In this document: piece after piece, positions 1 through 10,467 of the stretch
Numbering within the stretch: position 1 is the stretch's first letter
Layout of the letters: every line of letters begins with the position of its first letter
Origin: an uncultured Nitrososphaeraceae archaeon
Lineage (GTDB): Archaea > Thermoproteota > Nitrososphaeria > Nitrososphaerales > Nitrososphaeraceae
Assembly: GCA_963837175.1 (NCBI GenBank)
Contig: CAWIMJ010000057.1
Coordinates: forward strand, 32,001-96,000
Length of the DNA: 64,000 nt
Direction: 5' to 3'
Program-made: the position numbers and the translations under genes
The notes under the pieces: model-generated
The model's database searches: none
Told to the model about the DNA's origin: nothing
What the model saw: the letters and a program-made list of their open reading frames with translations, nothing else

Positions 1-40
1 TGTTTCAGCTTTTATGTACTATCTAAAGAATTAGTATAAT

Positions 41-259
41 ATGCATGAATATCTTTCATATACTAAGCTAGTTTATTATGATTGTATTGAATGTAAAAAG
101 AGAACTCCTCATGTCTGTATTAGATGTCATTATTGCTATTCATGCCATCCTAAAATTGAAAGAATAGAAAAAGAGATAAGAGTAAAGATGAGATCAAATT
201 ATAAAATGCAAAAATCGACATTTCTTATGCATACTAAAAGTGATAACAAATCCAACTAA
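41..259 (+). CDS. Small Cys/His-rich putative zinc-binding protein
   Basis: 72-aa ORF with CxxC...HxCxxCxxCxxCH cluster; TATA-like TTTATG upstream. Confidence 0.6.
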   Translation: MHEYLSYTKLVYYDCIECKKRTPHVCIRCHYCYSCHPKIERIEKEIRVKMRSNYKMQKSTFLMHTKSDNKSN

Positions 260-922
260 TCATATACCAGTAGCAGTAATAAGAGAAGCCAGACAACATT
301 ATTCTTTTTCATGCAATCATAACAATGATGTTTGAACCATTTGACCATCACTCATTTTCCTTCCAAAATTTAAAGTTGTTCATAATTTCATGAGAATGAG
401 CGAAGGATTTTGATTGCAGTTGTAATTCATCCTGCCAGAACTAAGTACTATTACACAGGTAGATTTTCAAATCCCCACACCAGATATACCTTATACTGAA
501 GTGTGCGATTTAAATTCAGAAATTATTTAAAATAATATACTGATATGAGGTCTCTCATATTATGGGGGTTAATAGTTTAGTAATGACAGCTTTAAATTGG
601 CAGAACTGATTTTATTATGGGATTGTCTAAAATATGTATAAAGGATAGAATGAGGGGGAAGGTGGAGCCGTTTTATTTATATTGAGTCTATTGGCTACCC
701 TCATAATAGGCTCATGCCTTTATTTTTGACTTAATCTGTGTTCAAACGAAGCAACTATTTCTGCTTTTTATTAAATAATTTAGATTAGGTAATCTTTAGT
801 TTAATTATCTTTGATTATGAGAAGCAAAAAGGCTTTTTTCCTTATTAATAAAAATTTTTATAATAACCCTTATAATATATTTTCAGTTAGTACAATAGGT
901 TGTGAGATATTAAATAGTAAGA

Positions 923-2731
923 ATGAAGAAAAAGGAAGAATCGTCGATGCATAATTCATTGTTCAATCTGCAATTTGGTAAGTACGATACTCTAATCAAA
1001 TACACACTTGTACCCTCAATTCCTCTTTCAATAATAGCTATTCTATCTTTTAATTCTAATACATGGATGACATCTGAAATTCATCATTTTTATATTGAGT
1101 TGTTTGCAGTTTTACTTGCTGCTATTTTATCATTTTACTACATGGCACGTGCTTATACATTAAATGATAAGTTCAGTTTGTTTATAGGTATAGGATTTCT
1201 TGTTAACGCTTTAATTGACTTGTTGCATGTCATAGTATCTTATACTTTTATGGATGAATTTCTCTTTCTCAAGTACTTTATACCACAGACATGGTTTGCA
1301 GGAAGAACATTTCTCAGTGCTATGTTCGCAATAGCAATTGCAGCATATCCTGCATTAACTGCTTCTGGAATTTCTAAGAAATCATCTTCCTCATCCTCAT
1401 CACCTATTATTAGTTCTACCTCCTTACCATCATCACCACCACCACCATCATCATCATCAGCCCGCCGCCTACAAGCAGCAGAATCCTTACCACTACTACC
1501 ATCTCTGCGAGAAGATAACAACAAAAAACAAAAAATACCAAAATTCCTTGTTGCATCTCTAGTTATACTTACTATTGGTTTTGCGTACGTAGCACTTAGT
1601 TCACTTTTTATAATTTATCCTGGTTCTGTAATAGATGATTTTCCTATACATAGGCCCTATGAGCTGCCTGGACTTGCTTTATTTTTAGTAGCTTTATTTT
1701 ATTTTTATAAAAATCAACTTTATAAGAAAAGTGATGTTTTCTATAAAGGAATAGTGGGTTCACTAGTTATAGATATTTTTGGACAAATTATAATGTCATA
1801 TTCTACTACCTCATTTGATACAGCACATAACGTAGCTCATGCTTTAAAGGATGCAGCCTATTTTGTTAATATTATTGGATTGGCACTATCAAGTATTCAA
1901 TATAATGAAAAATTAAAAGAAGCTAATTGGAATTTAATAGAAAGAGAAGAAATAATTCGCTCTCAGTTAGAGAAGTTAAAAGAATCAGATAAGATGAAAG
2001 ATGATTTTATCAATATAGCAGCTCATGAACTGCGAACACCTATACAGCCTATACTTGGTTTATCTGAGTTTATCCGGCCTAAAGTAAATTTTAAAGAGCG
2101 TGAATATATCGATGTTATTATAAGAAATGCAAAAAGACTAAAACGCCTTACAGAAAACATACTAGATGTCACAAAAATGGAGAGCCATTCGCTAAAACTA
2201 AACAAGGAAAGATGCAATCTAAATGATGTAATAACAAATACTATAGATGATATGATACTAAATAGAGAATTTAAGAATAAAAGGAATAATGATAATATTG
2301 ATGATATAAAATTATTGTATGAACCTAAAGATATGTTTGTAGAAGCAGACAGAACCAGACTGATGCAGGTTATTTACAATCTGTTAAGCAATGCCATAAA
2401 ATTCACAAAAGAAGGTAGAATCATTATTACAATAGAAAAGAATGATAACAAAGAGGAAGTTGTCGTTAGTATTAAAGATACTGGTGAAGGTATAGATTCT
2501 GAAATATTACCACAACTATTTTCCAAATTTGCTTCAAAGTCTTATCAAGGGACTGGATTAGGATTATTTATCGCTAAAAGTATTGTGGAAGCCCACGGTG
2601 GCAAGATATGGGCTGAAAATAATAATGATAATGATAATAATAGTATTGCTGATAGCAAAGAAAAAGGATCTACTTTTTACTTTACCCTGCCACTTATTAA
2701 TCAACAACTAAATGTAAATGTGGTTGATTAA
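923..2731 (+). CDS. Membrane sensor histidine kinase (MASE3-like N-terminal domain, HisKA, HATPase_c)
   Basis: Multiple TM helices starting HHFYIELFAVLLA; H-box FINIAAHELRTP; N-box NLLSNAIKF; G1 DTGEG; G2 GTGLGL. Confidence 0.93.
   Translation: MKKKEESSMHNSLFNLQFGKYDTLIKYTLVPSIPLSIIAILSFNSNTWMTSEIHHFYIELFAVLLAAILSFYYMARAYTLNDKFSLFIGIGFLVNALIDLLHVIVSYTFMDEFLFLKYFIPQTWFAGRTFLSAMFAIAIAAYPALTASGISKKSSSSSSSPIISSTSLPSSPPPPSSSSARRLQAAESLPLLPSLREDNNKKQKIPKFLVASLVILTIGFAYVALSSLFIIYPGSVIDDFPIHRPYELPGLALFLVALFYFYKNQLYKKSDVFYKGIVGSLVIDIFGQIIMSYSTTSFDTAHNVAHALKDAAYFVNIIGLALSSIQYNEKLKEANWNLIEREEIIRSQLEKLKESDKMKDDFINIAAHELRTPIQPILGLSEFIRPKVNFKEREYIDVIIRNAKRLKRLTENILDVTKMESHSLKLNKERCNLNDVITNTIDDMILNREFKNKRNNDNIDDIKLLYEPKDMFVEADRTRLMQVIYNLLSNAIKFTKEGRIIITIEKNDNKEEVVVSIKDTGEGIDSEILPQLFSKFASKSYQGTGLGLFIAKSIVEAHGGKIWAENNNDNDNNSIADSKEKGSTFYFTLPLINQQLNVNVVD
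1381..1460 (+). repeat. TCA/CCA trinucleotide tract encoding a Ser/Pro-rich insertion in the kinase
   Basis: tcatcttcctcatcctcatca...ccatcatcaccaccaccaccatcatcatcatca translating to SSSSSSSP...SSPPPPSSSS. Confidence 0.8.
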
Positions 2732-2734
2732 TAA

Positions 2735-3050
2735 TAACCAAGAGAGAGTCTTGTTGGTAAATGACGGACGAATCCGATGCTATTTTAGCAATAAAGATAG
2801 TTTTAAATGAAAAATTGAATTCCAAGTTGATTCCTTTACTGATCCATTTGTTGGTATTGGAGAAGCTTAAAGAAGCCGGGTCTGTATGAATTCTAATTCT
2901 TAATGTTAAAATGCCAGATATGATATCCTTGAGTCATATAGCCAAATAAAAAGAAGAAGATTGATAATAAGTTAAGGTTTATTTTCTGACGGCAGGTTAG
3001 ATGTATCTAGGTATATAGAGATATGTTTGAAATATTGAATATTAAATGTT
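2735..3050 (+). pseudogene. Degraded response-regulator receiver gene
   Basis: Fragments across frames read ERVLLVND / DESDAILAIKIVL / FQVDSFTDP / LILNVKMPDM / KVYFLTAG*MY, the receiver-domain pattern, with several frameshifts and stops; directly follows the kinase. Confidence 0.75.
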
Positions 3051-3306
3051 TTATTCAGAAGCCAATTGAATATATAGCATTGGTCGCTCGATTAAACAAA
3101 ATATGATAATAGATCAACAACAAATAAATATATACAAGATTATAAAAATATGAACTAAAGTTTGATAGGTTTGTTGCCCTGTACAAATCAGCTAGATCTG
3201 AGAACTTAAAGTTTGATTGATAGCCAGAACAGAAGAGCAACAAAGACCAATGATAAACGTTCCTTAAATTGGGATTCCTCATCATTCATTTATAGGAAAT
3301 TATGTA

Positions 3307-4176
3307 TCATAACAATTTAGAATTAATGTTTAAAATTGCCTTTGCTTGTTTATAATGAACGGCGTCTATCATTTTTCCTTCAAGCTTGACTGCGCCTCTA
3401 CCGCTTCCTCTTTCCATTGTTTGGCCTAATGCTTCTATTACTTTCTTTGCCCACTCAATTTCATTTTTTGTTGGTATGAAAATCTTATGTACAGGTTCTA
3501 TCTGACTAGGATGAATAACGCTTTTGCCTGAATAACCTAGGCGTTTTGCAACAATCGCATCCTTAATTAATCCATTAGTATCGTCTACTTTTTGCCAGAT
3601 GGCATCAATAGCTGACACTCCAGCAGCTTTTGCATCCACAGGGATTTTTCCACGAGCATACATGTATTCAATACCATCATTTTCAGCGTAATCAAGACCC
3701 ATATCATAAAGAAAATCAAAAACTCCGAAAATTACTGTATTTACTCTCTGATCCGCCTTTGCTATAAAAAAAGTATTTACTACGCCTTTTGCAGTTTCTA
3801 TAGACGGCATCAATTTAATACTTCCCTTTTCGATTCCTCTTTCATCTTCAAGGATAGAGATAAATCTAGTAATGTCGACGATTTCATTTTCATCATTCAC
3901 CTTTGGTATAACAATGCCATCAACTCCATTCTGAATAATCTCTTTTAAATCTGAGAAAGCCATCCCAGAATTTAATGAGTTTATCCTGATGTAGAGATTT
4001 GTTTTATATTCTGTTCTATCTTTAAGTGTCTGAGTAATCATCTGTCTTGCTGCAGCTTTTTCATTCATTGGAACAGAATCCTCTAAATCAAAACATGTTA
4101 TATCGGCAGTGAGTGTCTTGGCTTTATCAATAAAACGTCTGCTGTTGCTTGGGACAAAAATGAGACTTCTAAACAT
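3307..4176 (-). CDS. CoA-ester lyase, HpcH/HpaI / CitE (citrate lyase beta-like) family
   Basis: RSLIFVP, DLEDSVP, IRINS, IETAKG, GKSVIHPSQI, GKMID motifs. Confidence 0.9.
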   Translation of the reverse strand: MFRSLIFVPSNSRRFIDKAKTLTADITCFDLEDSVPMNEKAAARQMITQTLKDRTEYKTNLYIRINSLNSGMAFSDLKEIIQNGVDGIVIPKVNDENEIVDITRFISILEDERGIEKGSIKLMPSIETAKGVVNTFFIAKADQRVNTVIFGVFDFLYDMGLDYAENDGIEYMYARGKIPVDAKAAGVSAIDAIWQKVDDTNGLIKDAIVAKRLGYSGKSVIHPSQIEPVHKIFIPTKNEIEWAKKVIEALGQTMERGSGRGAVKLEGKMIDAVHYKQAKAILNINSKLL

Positions 4177-4200
4177 CTCAATATTAAAAGTATGTTAAGA

Positions 4201-5250
4201 TTAGAGTTTCTGTGGAGTAGTAAGAATTTTTCCAATCTGTTCAGCATTGGCCATCAAGGCATGACCTTTTACCATGTCATTGAAGGGTAGAGTTGTATAA
4301 ATAAGAGGTTTTATCTTATCTTTACCTGTCCAATACACTACTTCTTCGAGCTCAGCTCTAGTTCCCTGCGTAGACCCTAGCCAATTTGTTCCTTTGAAGA
4401 ATAGGTATCTCAAGTCAATAGTTGAATCATACCCCGTCGTAGCACCAGTAGCAACAAGCGTTCCTCCCATTTTCAAAAGACTGACTTCTTGTGGAAATGT
4501 GGCTTTTCCGATATGCTCAAAGACAACATCAACGCCTTGTTTCTTTGTAATTTCTCTTACTTTTTTATACCAATCTGCTTCCCTGTGATTAACTACATGG
4601 TCCGCACCTATCTCCAAACATTTATCCATTTTTTCCTTATTTCCCGCGGTAGCGATAACATTACAGTTGTATAACTTTGAAATCTGAATCCCAGACATGC
4701 CTACACCACTAGTTCCTCCCATTATCAGAACCGTTTGACCTGGCTTTATCTTGGCCCTACCGACTAACATATGCCATGAAGTCATTCCTACCATTGAAAT
4801 TGCTGCTGCCGCATCAAACGATACGTTATCTGGTATTTTTACCACATTGACCTCAGGCAAATGAGTGTATTGAGCAAAACCTCCCCATAGTGGGCCTGTC
4901 TGAAAACCCCATATCGTTCTATCATTACAATCGTACTCTCTGCCAGAGGTACACATATCGCAGACCCTACAGCTCATATTGGAATGAGAGACAACCCTGT
5001 CTCCGATCTTCAATTTTGAAACATCCTCGCCAACTTCTACTATGGGTCCTGCCACATCACTGCCAGAAATATGCGGCAGTGGAGTCTTTATGGGATCACC
5101 CCAAATAGCCCACAGGTCATTATAATTGTAGGATGCTGATTCTACTTTTATCATAACTTCATTTGCTTTCAACTTTGGCATGTCAATATCTTCAATCTTC
5201 ACAACTTTTGTTGGATCTTTATTATATTCACGAAAGACGGCTGCCTTCAT
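4201..5250 (-). CDS. Zn-binding medium-chain dehydrogenase/reductase (candidate enoyl/acryloyl-CoA reductase)
   Basis: PHISGSDVAG, structural Zn CxxCxxC-x7-C, GGTSGVG nucleotide motif; reductase-type NYND instead of catalytic Zn Cys. Confidence 0.85.
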   Translation of the reverse strand: MKAAVFREYNKDPTKVVKIEDIDMPKLKANEVMIKVESASYNYNDLWAIWGDPIKTPLPHISGSDVAGPIVEVGEDVSKLKIGDRVVSHSNMSCRVCDMCTSGREYDCNDRTIWGFQTGPLWGGFAQYTHLPEVNVVKIPDNVSFDAAAAISMVGMTSWHMLVGRAKIKPGQTVLIMGGTSGVGMSGIQISKLYNCNVIATAGNKEKMDKCLEIGADHVVNHREADWYKKVREITKKQGVDVVFEHIGKATFPQEVSLLKMGGTLVATGATTGYDSTIDLRYLFFKGTNWLGSTQGTRAELEEVVYWTGKDKIKPLIYTTLPFNDMVKGHALMANAEQIGKILTTPQKL

Positions 5251-5423
5251 AAAGTTGAAGGATTGTTTAATACTTAATATATTTAACTAGACTTTTGTGT
5301 AGCCAAAGTAGTTTCTCAGGTACGAAGTCCATCACTGCGTGTATATGATGGATCCGCACTAGAATGATACGAAAGTTGAATAAAAGGTTGTGCATTCAAA
5401 AGATTAGAAGTAATTGCATATCA

Positions 5424-5714
5424 TTAACGTCTATTTATTTTGAAATCTCTTTTTGGTTGCTGTAGACTAAGTAAAATCTGTTTCAATTCGTCATCTGTAA
5501 GAGCTCTATTCAGTCTTCCTGTTGATGCTGCATTTATAAGATAATTTTCTACAGCAGCAGCAAGTTCTGGTTTTACTATTCGTACATTCATTAGCCTCTG
5601 ACGAGCTGCAGGATCCAGCAGAACTAGTAAAGCGCGTTGTCGCATAGCTGTGGCTTCAGCCTCTCGTCGCCTTGCTTCCTCGTCATTTGGTTGTGGTGTT
5701 TGAGGGGTTGACAT
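5424..5714 (-). CDS. PDCD5-like dsDNA-binding protein
   Basis: LDPAARQRLMNVRIVKPELAAAVE motif; typical position after rps19e. Confidence 0.9.
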   Translation of the reverse strand: MSTPQTPQPNDEEARRREAEATAMRQRALLVLLDPAARQRLMNVRIVKPELAAAVENYLINAASTGRLNRALTDDELKQILLSLQQPKRDFKINRR

Positions 5715-5733
5715 ATACCTTCAAGGAGAAAAA

Positions 5734-6186
5734 CTACGCATATCGTTGCAACTCCGGTGAGGTCTTGATAATTTCATTATGAATTTCAGTGGCTAACCTA
5801 TCCATTTTTTTCGTCCCGTCATCTGTCATTAATCTACCTTTATTTTTTTTGGTTATGTAGCCAGCTGACTCCAATTGTTGTAATCCCTTGCGGATAATTG
5901 CCCCACCAGCATCTTTATGATGATCCAAATTATATCCAATCCTTTTTCTACCGCCATACGCACTTTTCAAATCAGAAATTCCTATGGGACCGTGCATGTA
6001 AACTTTCCTTACTAAAGAAGCACATCTAATGTACCACCAGTCTTTATTTTGGGGAATTTTTTCAGTGTGAGGACCGGTCTTGACAAATGCTGACCAACTT
6101 GGAGGTTCAATTTTTTTATCTTTCTTTAGCTGTTCAGCCAGTCTGGCAATGAGATAAGTGGCTGGAATATCATAAGCCTTAGCCAT
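5734..6186 (-). CDS. rps19e: 30S ribosomal protein S19e
   Basis: VKTG...DWWYIRCASLVRKVY...IIRKGLQQLE. Confidence 0.97.
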   Translation of the reverse strand: MAKAYDIPATYLIARLAEQLKKDKKIEPPSWSAFVKTGPHTEKIPQNKDWWYIRCASLVRKVYMHGPIGISDLKSAYGGRKRIGYNLDHHKDAGGAIIRKGLQQLESAGYITKKNKGRLMTDDGTKKMDRLATEIHNEIIKTSPELQRYA

Positions 6187-6247
6187 AGTTATTACTGAAC
6201 TATCACGCGATAGATCCCTTATAAATCCTTATTCTCATTTGAGAGAA

Positions 6248-6559
6248 TTATTTTCTAGGTACTAAGACTTTACGATAAGTGTGGTTACATTTCATACAAG
6301 TAATTCTTAATGCTTTTGTATTAGATCTCCCTATTCTTACTCGAGCATTTCTTCCTGGAACAATAAAATATTTGCACTTTTTGCAGTATAACTGACGTAT
6401 ATGATAGGGAAGTTTCAGCCTATATCGCATGGCAATTTTTTTGGCAAGCATTGCTTGGTCATCTGCAAGCTTTTCATTAGCTCTGACTTCTACTAAAGCA
6501 TTTGCTATTAAAAGATCAATTCTTTCTTTTGCAATCTCTTTTACAATTTGTTTTTTCAC
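6248..6559 (-). CDS. rnp4: RNase P protein component 4 (Rpp21)
   Basis: IAKERID, YCKKC...PG...RVR...ITCMKC zinc ribbon. Confidence 0.92.
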   Translation of the reverse strand: MKKQIVKEIAKERIDLLIANALVEVRANEKLADDQAMLAKKIAMRYRLKLPYHIRQLYCKKCKYFIVPGRNARVRIGRSNTKALRITCMKCNHTYRKVLVPRK

Positions 6560-6669
6560 AATCGCTAAATGGTATATTAAATAACCGTTATAAAAATACT
6601 GGTTGTTAATATAAGTTATAAAGATTTAATAAAGTAAATAAGTTGTTAGATTAATAGAAATTTGACAGA

Positions 6670-7065
6670 ATGGTAGATTTTGACAAATTAGAGGAATTAG
6701 CGAAAGAATATATAGATTTGAAAAAGCATGACGGAGAATCCATGAGGAATAATTTTGCACTTACGCTTATAGGTCTCATATCATCAAAGGATTTCGCTTT
6801 TCCACTGAAGAAGGAAACAGTTGAAAGTAACGGAACGACAACATTTATTTATATGAATAATGATACTTATCCAAATCTAATCGAGTTTATTGCCGAGACA
6901 TTGCATCTAAAAATACCTATTATGATCAATAATGCAAAGTTTGGACCAGGAGAAATTATAGTAAACAATGACAATGAAAAAGAAGCAAAACAAGACTTAG
7001 TTTCTTCGGTTATGGAATTACAAAAATTGATTATTGGAAAGAAGAATAAATTTTTTGCGATATAA
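6670..7065 (+). CDS. Hypothetical protein
   Basis: 131-aa ORF with globular composition, divergent from rnp4. Confidence 0.7.
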   Translation: MVDFDKLEELAKEYIDLKKHDGESMRNNFALTLIGLISSKDFAFPLKKETVESNGTTTFIYMNNDTYPNLIEFIAETLHLKIPIMINNAKFGPGEIIVNNDNEKEAKQDLVSSVMELQKLIIGKKNKFFAI

Positions 7066-7703
7066 AGGTGAGTTGTCTAGCATACAGATTTGGTCTTGTT
7101 AGAATATTAATATATATTTTTGTAATGAGAATTTGCTAGCCTGATTTAAGATAATATATTAAATCACCTCGCATCCTACCTTTATTTATAAAATATATAA
7201 AAAATCAATATTCGATCTTTTATGCCGAACTTGAAGATACGCACGAAGCAGCCTGTTTACTAGAGTTTGGATTTTATATATGAAGAATATATAGATTTGA
7301 ATATGATAATTAAGATTTATTCTTTTTAAAGTCAGATTGTTCCAAAAGACTTTATAAATGGTCACAGTTTTATATAGTTATTTTCATTTCTATGTTTTTT
7401 ATCTTCTCATTTTATTATTATAGAATATTACCGTATGCTATAACATACTAATTTTTTTTTGAAACGATAAAACTATCAAAATCTATCATAATTAGGCAAT
7501 AAACACATATTGAAGTAGAATTGAAGAAGAATCTCTTATCTTGCTATCTATTGTATCTCCTCTCATTATTATATTGCAAAACAGCAAGTCCGACATAATT
7601 TGTGTTAGATTCCTATTAAATAGTATTCATTATCTATATAATAAATCTTGGCAAGAAATATGAAAGATTATAAACATCTCATTAGTTATCAAAGAAAATT
7701 AAA

Positions 7704-8933
7704 TTGTCTGCGTACAAAAAATTTCAAAAACTCGTTGAATTAGAACCATTGCATTTGACTGGGTTGATAATAGGATCTATTTTATCTACAATGTTCTTGT
7801 TATTTTCTCAAAGTTCAGTTGTAGCTCCTTGTATTACCTATGACTCATCTAGTAATATAATTACAGTTACCTGTAGTTCTGCAAGTCTTACTGACATTAA
7901 TAATCAATTAAACGACGATAACATTCTCTCTAAACAACAACAAGAGTCTAATGTAATATGGTTATTAAATGCAGGTATTGTAGTTGCTAATAACGCTGCA
8001 TTATATATCAATTCTACAGATACTACCTGGCTTAAGATTAATGCCTATGGAGATACTGCTAATGGAATAGATGTCCATGGTAGATTAAAGATTGATTCAG
8101 TAAAGATAACTTCATGGAATATGCAAACAAATGATTATGCTAAAACTGATGTACAAGGAAAGATACCTAGACCATATATATTCGTCGGAGATGATGCAAC
8201 AGGGACTACAGATATTATCAATTCCGAATTGGCATATCTTGGATATGAGGGTGACTATCGTACCCCTGGTCTTAGATATGATGGAGGTTCTGCAAGTCTG
8301 GTGAAAGGTAATCATATACACAATCTTCAAACTGGTTTCTATTCAGATGGAGTAGGTGGAATGATTATTGAAGGTAATCTCATCCATGACAATACCATTT
8401 ATGGACTAGATCCTCATACTGGGACACATGATATGATAATTCGCAATAATGTGGTTCATAACAATGGAGAGGAGGGAATAATCTGTTCACTAGATTGTTA
8501 CAACATTACAATTGAAGGTAATAAAGTATACAATAATTCAGATGCAGGTATAATGTTTAGTAGAAATATGTACAATTCAGTAGCAAGGAACAACTATGTA
8601 CATAATGAAGTTAAAGGGATATTTGTATCAGCATCAAATAATAATCAAATATATAATAACACAATTTCAGATAGTATAGATGGAATTTATGTAAAGGCAG
8701 AAGCTGCAAACAATAAAATATATGATAATACCATCACAAATGCTAAATCAAATGGCATACTTGTCAATACAGGTGCACATGATAATACATTTAGCTCTAA
8801 TACAATAACCAATGCTACAAAATTTGGCATAAATGTTGCTCCAGATTCAAATAATAATATATTTGAAAACAACAAGCTAATTAATTCTAAGGCCGCAGGC
8901 CAACAAGAATCGGTAAAGTATGAATATCGGTGA
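7704..8933 (+). CDS. Secreted right-handed parallel beta-helix protein (NosD/AlgG-like)
   Basis: N-terminal hydrophobic segment; repeated IxxNxIxxN PbH1 repeats; SELAYLGY and YGLDPHT motifs. Confidence 0.85.
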   Translation: MSAYKKFQKLVELEPLHLTGLIIGSILSTMFLLFSQSSVVAPCITYDSSSNIITVTCSSASLTDINNQLNDDNILSKQQQESNVIWLLNAGIVVANNAALYINSTDTTWLKINAYGDTANGIDVHGRLKIDSVKITSWNMQTNDYAKTDVQGKIPRPYIFVGDDATGTTDIINSELAYLGYEGDYRTPGLRYDGGSASLVKGNHIHNLQTGFYSDGVGGMIIEGNLIHDNTIYGLDPHTGTHDMIIRNNVVHNNGEEGIICSLDCYNITIEGNKVYNNSDAGIMFSRNMYNSVARNNYVHNEVKGIFVSASNNNQIYNNTISDSIDGIYVKAEAANNKIYDNTITNAKSNGILVNTGAHDNTFSSNTITNATKFGINVAPDSNNNIFENNKLINSKAAGQQESVKYEYR

Positions 8934-9237
8934 TGATAATGATAATGATGATCGTATCTGAAATCCTTTAAGAATATCCTTCAGACTTTTTTTTGTTATT
9001 ATATCATACTAAAAAATTAATTCTGATGCCAGTGGGGCTCCGGACGACTGATTAATGGCAAAGATGGATAAATTATTCCTAATATAATTTTCAGTATAGG
9101 AATGCTGATTAGACAGCAGCATTCATTAGCAAAAATAAAAGAAAATCCTCTTAATTATTGGTTGCTGTCGTACAGGATAATCTACATTTTTTGAGTCAAG
9201 CGGTTTACGTGGAGGTTGTGGCAGTAACTTCTCCTGC

Positions 9238-9738
9238 CTATTGTTGTTGTCGTCTTTGTTTTTCTTTTAAGCCTGGCAGAAAGTTTTCCCATTCTTCTTC
9301 ATCAGAGACCTCGTCTACCAGTAAATCCTCAAATATCTCATGAGTGACAAGGTCTTTCATATGATATTTTTTTGCTAACTTGTTATACTTTTCTATTGCA
9401 CACCTTTCGCCTTTGAGGACACGTTCTACTATGCTGGCAAGATCTGCTCTGTCATCCGGTGGCTCAGAAAAGCCGCATGTAGAGGCATTCATGACATCAG
9501 TCGTTGGTTCACCACCAAGCTGAAGTATCCTCTCTATTAGTTCCTTTGCGTGATTCAACTCGTCCTTTGATTGTTCCTCAAGTTTAGATTTGAGTGCCTC
9601 CGCATCTATGCCCTCTATCACCTGAGCATAAAGAAAGTATTGATAATGAGCTAACCATTCGTCTGCATACGCTGAATTAAGATCCTTTATCACTTCATCT
9701 ACATCCATTTCTACTATTTCTCGTCCCTTTTGTCCCAT
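9238..9738 (-). CDS. Dps-like / ferritin-family protein (DPSL)
   Basis: AYADEWLAHYQY, DELNHA...ERILQLGG, ERCAI, DEVSDEE di-iron ligand pattern. Confidence 0.88.
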   Translation of the reverse strand: MGQKGREIVEMDVDEVIKDLNSAYADEWLAHYQYFLYAQVIEGIDAEALKSKLEEQSKDELNHAKELIERILQLGGEPTTDVMNASTCGFSEPPDDRADLASIVERVLKGERCAIEKYNKLAKKYHMKDLVTHEIFEDLLVDEVSDEEEWENFLPGLKEKQRRQQQ

Positions 9739-10467
9739 AGTAAGAACAGTATGGAATATGAGATTTAATAGTTATATAGACTGAGTACAAATAAAACGGT
9801 AGTAGTACAGTTAGAAGGCTTTGTTGAATTATCTATATTACTATTACTATTACTATTAAAATTCTATATGGTTTAATTAATCGATAGTAAGGAGAAATTA
9901 GGCTGAAGTCGAAAATACAATTCACGTAAGTGATTTTCTCTTGATTTAGTAGCACTAGCAGATAACGATGACGACCTATTTCTGACATTTTGATAAAAGG
10001 ATTACATGTATTACAAGTTTCTATTATTGCTAACTTAGATAAAGCTGATGAGGATAGCAAGGTATTTTCCTTTCCCGTCTTTTCCATCTGTTGTGGTTAT
10101 TAATATTTTAAGGTTGCAATCAGAGACTTTTTCATTCTCATTGGAGTAGTTTCATGAATTTCTGATGCTCTTTTAGAAAACCAATTATTAAGAATTCAAT
10201 TTATCACTCCAACCCCATGAATTTTATATTATTGAAAGGGGATAAAATGATATTATGTGCTTTTAAAAGTATAGCTCAGAAATATATATAAAACTCCAAA
10301 ATTTAACAAAAGATTGCAAAAAACTCTATAAATATAGATGAATGTCCATGTCAAAAAGAGGATTATGTGGATATAATATACTCAGTAATTTTTTGCAGAT
10401 TCTTCATAACAATGAGTAATAAAATCAATAACCAAGCCATTAATAATGGATGCTAAGATGATATCCT

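Noticed and set aside
380-500. Possible TBP-like gene fragment on the minus strand (VIVLSSGRM)
   Set aside because: Match too short and broken to support without a search
5328-5385. TCCATCA/TGATGGA hairpin and TGATG motifs as a box C/D sRNA
   Set aside because: No correctly spaced RTGATGA/CTGA pairs on either strand; one 7-bp stem is not enough
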